Below are positions 58,135 through 64,000 of a stretch of DNA of 64,000 nucleotides, in pieces (the stretch's first letter is position 1; each line of letters starts with the position of its first letter). Made by a program: the position numbers and the translations under genes. The notes under the pieces are model-generated. The model did not search any database, had not been told where the DNA came from, and saw only the letters and a list, made by a program, of their open reading frames with translations. The stretch lies in NCBI GenBank assembly GCA_030647775.1, contig JAUSJC010000010.1, forward strand, positions 264,927-328,926, written 5' to 3'. Source of the stretch: Candidatus Curtissbacteria bacterium. GTDB lineage: Bacteria > Patescibacteriota > Microgenomatia > Curtissbacterales > GWA2-41-24.

Positions 58135-59753
58135 GGAAATATTTACTTCTTGGCATTATCCTTCTGGCCGCAACTTTGAGATTATATAAATTGGCTTCTG
58201 TTCCGCCGTCGCTTTATTGGGACGAAGCATCTTTGGGCTACAATGCATATTCAATTTTAAAGACCGCGCATGATGAGCATGGAAAATTTTTACCACTCAC
58301 CAATTTTGCCGCTTTTGGTGATTACAAACCGCCCGGCTACATCTACGCCGCGGTTCCTTCTATTGCCGTCTTTGGCCTTACCGAATTTGCTATTCGTTTC
58401 CCATCGGCGTTTTTTGGAACGCTGACCGTTTTATTAACTTATCTTCTTGCCAAAAAACTTTTTGAAAAAGAAAAAATTGCGCTTCTTTCGGCCTTTTTTC
58501 TGGCTATTTCCCCATGGCACTTACAATTTTCCCGGGGTGCCTTTGAGGCGAATCTTGGTTTATTTTTAAGTGTTCTTGGAATTTACTTATTTGTAAAATT
58601 TGCAAAAGATAATCAATATTGGATTCTTCTGTCCCTCCTATCGTTTTTAGCCGCCATGTATACCTTTACGGGGCAAAGGTTATTTGTTCCTTTTATTCTG
58701 CTTATTCTTTTCATCCAGTTTAAAAATGCAGTTGTCAAAAATCTCAAAGTTGTTATCCCGGGTATAATTATCTTTGCTTTTCTCTTTTGGCCGCTTTATA
58801 AATTTGCCACCGGTACCATTGAAGGCAGGCTTCGTTTTAACGAGGTTTCAATTTTCAACGATCTGGCGCCGGCAGACGAGTCAACACGCTTAAGGACGAA
58901 AGATAACTTCGCCTGGTGGGCAAATCTAATCCATAACAGGCGCTTAGAGTACGCCCATGAATATCTAGTCCACTATTTCGATGCTTTCAACCCGGCCTTT
59001 CTTTTTACAAAAGGGGATGTTAATCCGAGGCTTTCCGTTCAGGAAGTAGGCGAACTATATCTTATCGATTTGCCGCTAATTTTATCCGGCATTTACTTTC
59101 TTTTTGCCAAAAAACAAAATTTCAGGTTCTTAATTATCGCCTGGTTACTGGTTTCCCCGCTCGGTCCGGCAACAGCCCGCGAAACTCCCCATGCCTTGCG
59201 GATGATTCATATCCTGCCCACATTCCAATTGCTTGCCGCTTTTGGATTTTTTGGCCTTTGGGAAATGATTAAGTACAAAAAAGTCTTCGCCGTTTCTGTT
59301 TTCTTACTGCTTGCGGCCAGTTTTATCTATTATCTCAATATGTACTATATTCACTGGCCAATAAATTATTCGGGGGAGTGGCAATACGGCTATAAACAGG
59401 CTGTCCAGACAGCTAACTTGCAAAAGTCCGCCAATGTTGTTGTCACCAAAAGCCTTGGGAGGCCCTATATCTATTTCCTTCTCTATTCAAAATATGACCC
59501 TGGAGAGTTTTGGGCCACGGGGCAAGTCGTCAGGGATAAATTTTTCTTTCTAGACGTTAACGGTTTTGGTAAATATCACTTTGTTGACGATGTAAATCAA
59601 GCAAAAGTCTCCGGCGAAACCGTCTACGTTTCACCTCCCGGGAGTGTTCCAAAAGGAGCCCAAGTAATTGATACGATCTTAAACCTCGATGGCAGCCCGA
59701 CCTTGGTCATTTCAAAGAAGAACGTGCCGAATCCTCCCGATAATAAAAACTAA
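58131..59753 (+). CDS. GT-C paralog 5
   Basis: WDEASLGYNA, FGDYKPP, AISPWHLQFSR, PHALR. Confidence 0.85.
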   Translation: MRKYLLLGIILLAATLRLYKLASVPPSLYWDEASLGYNAYSILKTAHDEHGKFLPLTNFAAFGDYKPPGYIYAAVPSIAVFGLTEFAIRFPSAFFGTLTVLLTYLLAKKLFEKEKIALLSAFFLAISPWHLQFSRGAFEANLGLFLSVLGIYLFVKFAKDNQYWILLSLLSFLAAMYTFTGQRLFVPFILLILFIQFKNAVVKNLKVVIPGIIIFAFLFWPLYKFATGTIEGRLRFNEVSIFNDLAPADESTRLRTKDNFAWWANLIHNRRLEYAHEYLVHYFDAFNPAFLFTKGDVNPRLSVQEVGELYLIDLPLILSGIYFLFAKKQNFRFLIIAWLLVSPLGPATARETPHALRMIHILPTFQLLAAFGFFGLWEMIKYKKVFAVSVFLLLAASFIYYLNMYYIHWPINYSGEWQYGYKQAVQTANLQKSANVVVTKSLGRPYIYFLLYSKYDPGEFWATGQVVRDKFFFLDVNGFGKYHFVDDVNQAKVSGETVYVSPPGSVPKGAQVIDTILNLDGSPTLVISKKNVPNPPDNKN

Positions 59754-61243
59754 TGAAATATCTTCGTAAACTAAATTTTTTAGCTCTGGTAGTTCCAGTC
59801 TATTTTGCAACAAGGCTTGTTAATTTTTTAATTATCCCGATTTTTACCGATGAGGCAATCTATAGCTATTGGGCCCAAGTCGCCCTTCACGATCCCGCCA
59901 ATCGGTTTATATCTTTAGAAGACGGGAAACAGCCTCTTTTTATCTGGCTGGCGGCTATCTTTCAGAGATTAATTTCTGATCCTTTGGTGGCAACTCGTCT
60001 CGTTTCGGTTTTTGCCGGTCTTGGGTCTTTACTGGGGGTTTACTTTCTAGCCCGTGAATTGTTTGGCACAAAAGTTGCCAAAATTGCCGGCGTTCTTTAT
60101 ATAATTTTACCCTTCACCCTGCTTTATGACCGCATGGCTCTTTTTGATTCGCTCCTAACCATGTTTTGCGTCTGGTCAGTCTTTCTGACTTATAAGATGG
60201 CTAAAAGCCCTCGCCTCGACTACGCGCTGCTCAATGGAATTATTTTGGGTCTCGGCTTAATAACCAAATCCTCAATAAGCTTTTTCCTGTATCTTCTTCC
60301 GGCATCACTCATAGTTTTTGATTTCAAAAAAGAGCTGTTAATAAAACGTTTATCAAAGTGGCTAGGGTTGTCCGTAATAACTTTTGCCATATCCGAAACA
60401 ATTTATAATGCACTTCGAGTTTCCCCTCTCTTTTACATGATCGACCGCAAAAACCATGAGTTTATTAGAACTTTTTCCGAGGTTATCAAAAATCCATTCC
60501 TGCATTTTTCCGGAAACATCAATAGCATGGCTACATGGTTATTCCAATACAATGGGCCGCTTATTTTGGTAGTTCCGGCCGTGATGATTTATGGATTGGC
60601 AAAGAAGGACAAAAGAATAATTCTTCTTTCGGTATACATCTTGGTGCCTTTTTTGGCTAAAGCTCTTTTCAATCAAATTTTATATCCGAGGTTTTCTTTA
60701 TTCTATTTCCCATTTATTATTATTTTAATTAGTTTTGGTATAAGTTTAACTTTGGCGTCGTTATCAAAATATAAAGGGTTAGTCTGGACTGTGCTTTCGG
60801 CTTTAATAATTTTTCCGCTGGTCTCGTCATTTTATTTGCTGACAAATCCCCCCAAAGCTGGTATTGCTGGTTCCGATAAATTCCAATATATAAACGGTTG
60901 GTCTTCCGGATATGGAATCCGCCAAATCGTCAATATTTTAAAAACGGGAAACTCCAAAGAGAAAGTTTATGTGGGGACAGAAGGCACTTTTGGTCTTTTA
61001 CCATTCGCCTTGCAAATCTATTTTTATGGCAACCCGAATATTCAAGTGGTAGGTTATTGGCCTGTCGGAAGCCTTCCAAAACAGGTTTTAGATTCGGCCA
61101 AAACCCAAAAAACTTATTTCATCTTTTACCAAAACCAAAATCTCCCGCAAATGGACGATCTTGCTCACTTGAAATTAATTGGCAAATATCAAAAAGGTAA
61201 CGGTGCAAACTTTATGAGTTTTTACGAAGTTAATGGAAACTAA
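59753..61243 (+). CDS. GT-C (ArnT/PMT-like), more distant subfamily
   Basis: PIFTDEAIY, DGKQPL, YDRMAL.DS. Confidence 0.82.
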   Translation: MKYLRKLNFLALVVPVYFATRLVNFLIIPIFTDEAIYSYWAQVALHDPANRFISLEDGKQPLFIWLAAIFQRLISDPLVATRLVSVFAGLGSLLGVYFLARELFGTKVAKIAGVLYIILPFTLLYDRMALFDSLLTMFCVWSVFLTYKMAKSPRLDYALLNGIILGLGLITKSSISFFLYLLPASLIVFDFKKELLIKRLSKWLGLSVITFAISETIYNALRVSPLFYMIDRKNHEFIRTFSEVIKNPFLHFSGNINSMATWLFQYNGPLILVVPAVMIYGLAKKDKRIILLSVYILVPFLAKALFNQILYPRFSLFYFPFIIILISFGISLTLASLSKYKGLVWTVLSALIIFPLVSSFYLLTNPPKAGIAGSDKFQYINGWSSGYGIRQIVNILKTGNSKEKVYVGTEGTFGLLPFALQIYFYGNPNIQVVGYWPVGSLPKQVLDSAKTQKTYFIFYQNQNLPQMDDLAHLKLIGKYQKGNGANFMSFYEVNGN

Positions 61244-62913
61244 TGAAAGGCAAACTTATCCTTCTGGTTATCATTCTAATTGCAGCACTGCTCAGATTAA
61301 TTAACCTCGGATCAATACCTGTCGGTTTTAACGATGATGAAGCCGCTTTTGGCTACAATGCTTATTCAATTTTAAAAACGGGTCAAGATGAGTGGGGAAG
61401 GAAAATCCCTTTTCCGGTCTTTGAAAGTTTTGGTGACTGGAAGCTAGTCGGTTACTTGTATATGACTGTAGTTTCAGTGAAATTCTTTGGTCTGAACGAA
61501 TTTGCGACAAGATTCCCTTCAGTGTTATTTGGGATTCTTTCTGTTTTTGCTACCTATCTTTTATCAAAAAAACTTTTCAACAGGGAAATTGCTTACGGTG
61601 CGGCCTTTTTGCTTGCAATCTCACCCTGGCACATTGTCGCTTCTAGGAACGCCTTTGAATCAGACGTATTAATATTCTTAATTACAATTTCGGCATATTT
61701 CTTTCTATGCGGTTTACAAAAGAGCAAATATTTGCTTCTTTCCTATTTAGGATTTATAGCTAGTTTTTATATCTATAGATCCAGCTGGATTTTCGTACCC
61801 CTGTTCATTCTAACTCAAACCTATTTTTTCAGAAGCCGGATTAAAAAAGCGGTTTTAAAACACTCCAAATATTTTATCGCCATAACTTTTTTGATATTAC
61901 CTTTAATTCCTGTTGTATTAACATTTAAAGGTCAATCTAGGTTTATTCAAGAGAGTTTTATTTCCGGAACTTCTAAAATTGGTATCATAAATAACATTAA
62001 TGAAAAACGGGGATTGTGCCAAACCAAAATACCGGACATTGTCTGTAGACTTATCCATAATAAATATAGCTATTTTGCAAACACTTACATAAACAACTAT
62101 TTAGGAAATTTGTCGGGTGTGACATTCTTTAATAAGGCAAACCCGACCGGTTTTCAATCTTTTGCAACAAGAAGCGTTTTTTATATTTTTGAGCTGCCTT
62201 TACTAATTGCCGGTCTTATCTTTCTTTTTAAAAATAAAAACCAAGGCGCAAAAATACTAATTCCGTGGTTATTATTAGTCCCGGTCGGAGCATCAATGGT
62301 TGGCATTGGAAATTTTGGTCGGATCAACATTATTATGCCGGCTCCTCAGATAATAGAAGCCTTCGGATTTTTTTCCCTTTTCGGTTTCCTAAAAAAAATA
62401 GAATTAAGGAAAATGACCTTAATATTTGTAATATTTATTGTTTCGATTTCATTTTTAGAATTTATTTCAGAACTGTTTCTGGTTGAACCCTATACAACCG
62501 CAAGAGCCGGAAGATATGGCTACAAAGGGCTTTTTAACTATCTGGAATCCCAGGAAAATAGCTACAGTCAAATTCTTATTTCTAAAAAAATTGATAGTAG
62601 TCATCAATACATTCAATACGTCTTCTTTCAAAAGATAAATCCTCAGTATTTTATTGCAAGCGCCAATCGCCCCAAAGCAGATAACGGTTGGGTAGATTTT
62701 GAAAGCATAGGCAAGTATGAATTTGTTCACTCAATGCCCGATGTTCCAAAAATTCCCAAAAATACGCTGGGAGTGGTGGGTGAAAATGAAGTTGAATACC
62801 CAATTCCTCCAAAATTTATAATACGAGATTTAAGAGGGGACATTTTATTTAAAATCTTCGATATTGACGAAGTAAAAGAAAAGTTGCAGGCGAATATAAA
62901 TAAAAATTCATAA
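61243..62913 (+). CDS. GT-C paralog 6
   Basis: DDEAAFGYNAYSILKTG.DE.G, FGDWK, AISPWH. Confidence 0.85.
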   Translation: MKGKLILLVIILIAALLRLINLGSIPVGFNDDEAAFGYNAYSILKTGQDEWGRKIPFPVFESFGDWKLVGYLYMTVVSVKFFGLNEFATRFPSVLFGILSVFATYLLSKKLFNREIAYGAAFLLAISPWHIVASRNAFESDVLIFLITISAYFFLCGLQKSKYLLLSYLGFIASFYIYRSSWIFVPLFILTQTYFFRSRIKKAVLKHSKYFIAITFLILPLIPVVLTFKGQSRFIQESFISGTSKIGIINNINEKRGLCQTKIPDIVCRLIHNKYSYFANTYINNYLGNLSGVTFFNKANPTGFQSFATRSVFYIFELPLLIAGLIFLFKNKNQGAKILIPWLLLVPVGASMVGIGNFGRINIIMPAPQIIEAFGFFSLFGFLKKIELRKMTLIFVIFIVSISFLEFISELFLVEPYTTARAGRYGYKGLFNYLESQENSYSQILISKKIDSSHQYIQYVFFQKINPQYFIASANRPKADNGWVDFESIGKYEFVHSMPDVPKIPKNTLGVVGENEVEYPIPPKFIIRDLRGDILFKIFDIDEVKEKLQANINKNS

Positions 62914-64000
62914 TGTTGAAAAACAAGTTATTTTTAATCATAATTTGTTTGGCACTCGTCTTGAGATTCTATAAGTTAGGGCAAATTCCGCTTTCTCTGG
63001 ATTGGGATGAGGCCAGTAATGCTTATAATGCCTATTCCATCCTAAAAACCGCCCGTGACGAATACGGTACTTTTCTTCCCCTTACCAACAGGTCGTTTGA
63101 TGATTACAAACCGCCTCTTTACATGTATCTTAATGTCCCGACAGTCGCTATTTTTGGTTTAACTCCATTTGCCGCAAGGTTCCCATCGGCATTTTTTGGG
63201 TTTCTGACGGTACTGGCTATTTATTTTCTGGTCAAGAAATTATTTAACCAGAAGATTATGGCTCTTACCGCTATGTCTCTGCTTACAATTTCCCCATGGC
63301 ATATCCAGTTTTCCAGAGTAGGTTTTGAGGCCAATGTCGGCCTTTTTACGGCAGTGGCGGCAGTCACGGCGTTCCTTTACGGACTTAAGAACTGGAAATT
63401 CTTGATTCTTTCAAGCATTTTTCTGGGGCTTTCCATGTACAGTTACCATACAGAAAGAATGGTTGCACCCCTACTTTTTTTGTCGGCTTTCATAATTTGG
63501 AGAAAAGAAGTGTTTTCCCTTTCCAAAAAATACTTAAGCCTGTTTGTAGTAATTTCCGTCTTGATTATCTTACCGCTGGTAATATTCACCCCCCAGAAGG
63601 TTATCCTTCAAAGGTTCGAGACAACCACCGCCAATAGCACGCTGGACGATATCAATAAATCGATTAAATTTATTCGACAGGATCAGGATGCCCATTTTCC
63701 GCTTGGAAACATTATTGACAATAGAAGGGTTATTATTGCAAAAACTTATCTTACAAATTATTTGTCCCATTTTAGTTTCAACTTCCTCTTTATAAAAGGC
63801 GATGATAACTTCAGGCATCACGTTGAAGGTTTTGGTATGCTTTATCTCTTTGAACTGCCCCTTTTAATTCTGGGTGTTATAAGATTAGTTAGAGAGAAAA
63901 ATAAAGCAAAATATTTTGTTTTTGCTTGGCTGCTTATCTCGCCGATTGCGGCCGCCCCGGCTAGCCCTAGCCCTCATGCCGTAAGGTCACTGCCGGAAGT
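62913..64000 (+). CDS. GT-C paralog 7 (runs off the window end)
   Basis: Translated by hand from ATG 62913: LDWDEASNAYNAYSILKTARDEYG...SFDDYKPP. Confidence 0.85.
   Translation, partial: MLKNKLFLIIICLALVLRFYKLGQIPLSLDWDEASNAYNAYSILKTARDEYGTFLPLTNRSFDDYKPPLYMYLNVPTVAIFGLTPFAARFPSAFFGFLTVLAIYFLVKKLFNQKIMALTAMSLLTISPWHIQFSRVGFEANVGLFTAVAAVTAFLYGLKNWKFLILSSIFLGLSMYSYHTERMVAPLLFLSAFIIWRKEVFSLSKKYLSLFVVISVLIILPLVIFTPQKVILQRFETTTANSTLDDINKSIKFIRQDQDAHFPLGNIIDNRRVIIAKTYLTNYLSHFSFNFLFIKGDDNFRHHVEGFGMLYLFELPLLILGVIRLVREKNKAKYFVFAWLLISPIAAAPASPSPHAVRSLPE

Noticed and set aside
1-64000. Short antisense and alternate-frame ORFs in the track
   Set aside because: They overlap well-supported genes and lack recognisable motifs.
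50649-64000. Diversity-generating retroelement or integron explanation for the paralog array
   Set aside because: No reverse transcriptase, no adenine-specific repeat pair, no integrase, and no intergenic space for attC sites.

Overview
64 kb, almost all on the + strand, with tightly overlapping genes and several apparently leaderless promoters; gene content suggests a Patescibacteria (CPR, Microgenomates-like) bacterium (inference). 1-7.6 kb holds housekeeping genes: prfB, ftsEX, an EnvC-like protein with a circularly permuted M23 domain, a tsaE-tsaC fusion, a short tsaB and galE. 7.6-11.4 kb is an accessory block: a TrpR-like gene between twin palindromes, a multidomain M23 protein and a PsbP-like protein. 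From 11.4 kb to the end is a very large surface-glycosylation region: rml, ugd, rmd/gmd, GT2/GT4 enzymes, a flippase and about 17 GT-C-type membrane glycosyltransferases, with pyrB, pyrC and a CoaD-DUF359 fusion interspersed. The most notable unexplained signals are: (i) a structured leader RNA at about 31650-31790 resembling a divergent c-di-GMP-I (GEMM-I) aptamer, followed by an intrinsic terminator, upstream of a divergent lytic transglycosylase-like gene; (ii) many tiny hairpin elements inserted in frame in genes, nested in each other or tandemly amplified; (iii) the twin-operator TrpR-like module; (iv) a duplicated rmlB 5' end that looks like an integration scar. No tRNA, rRNA, CRISPR array or intact transposase was seen. 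All calls are by eye; no searches were run.
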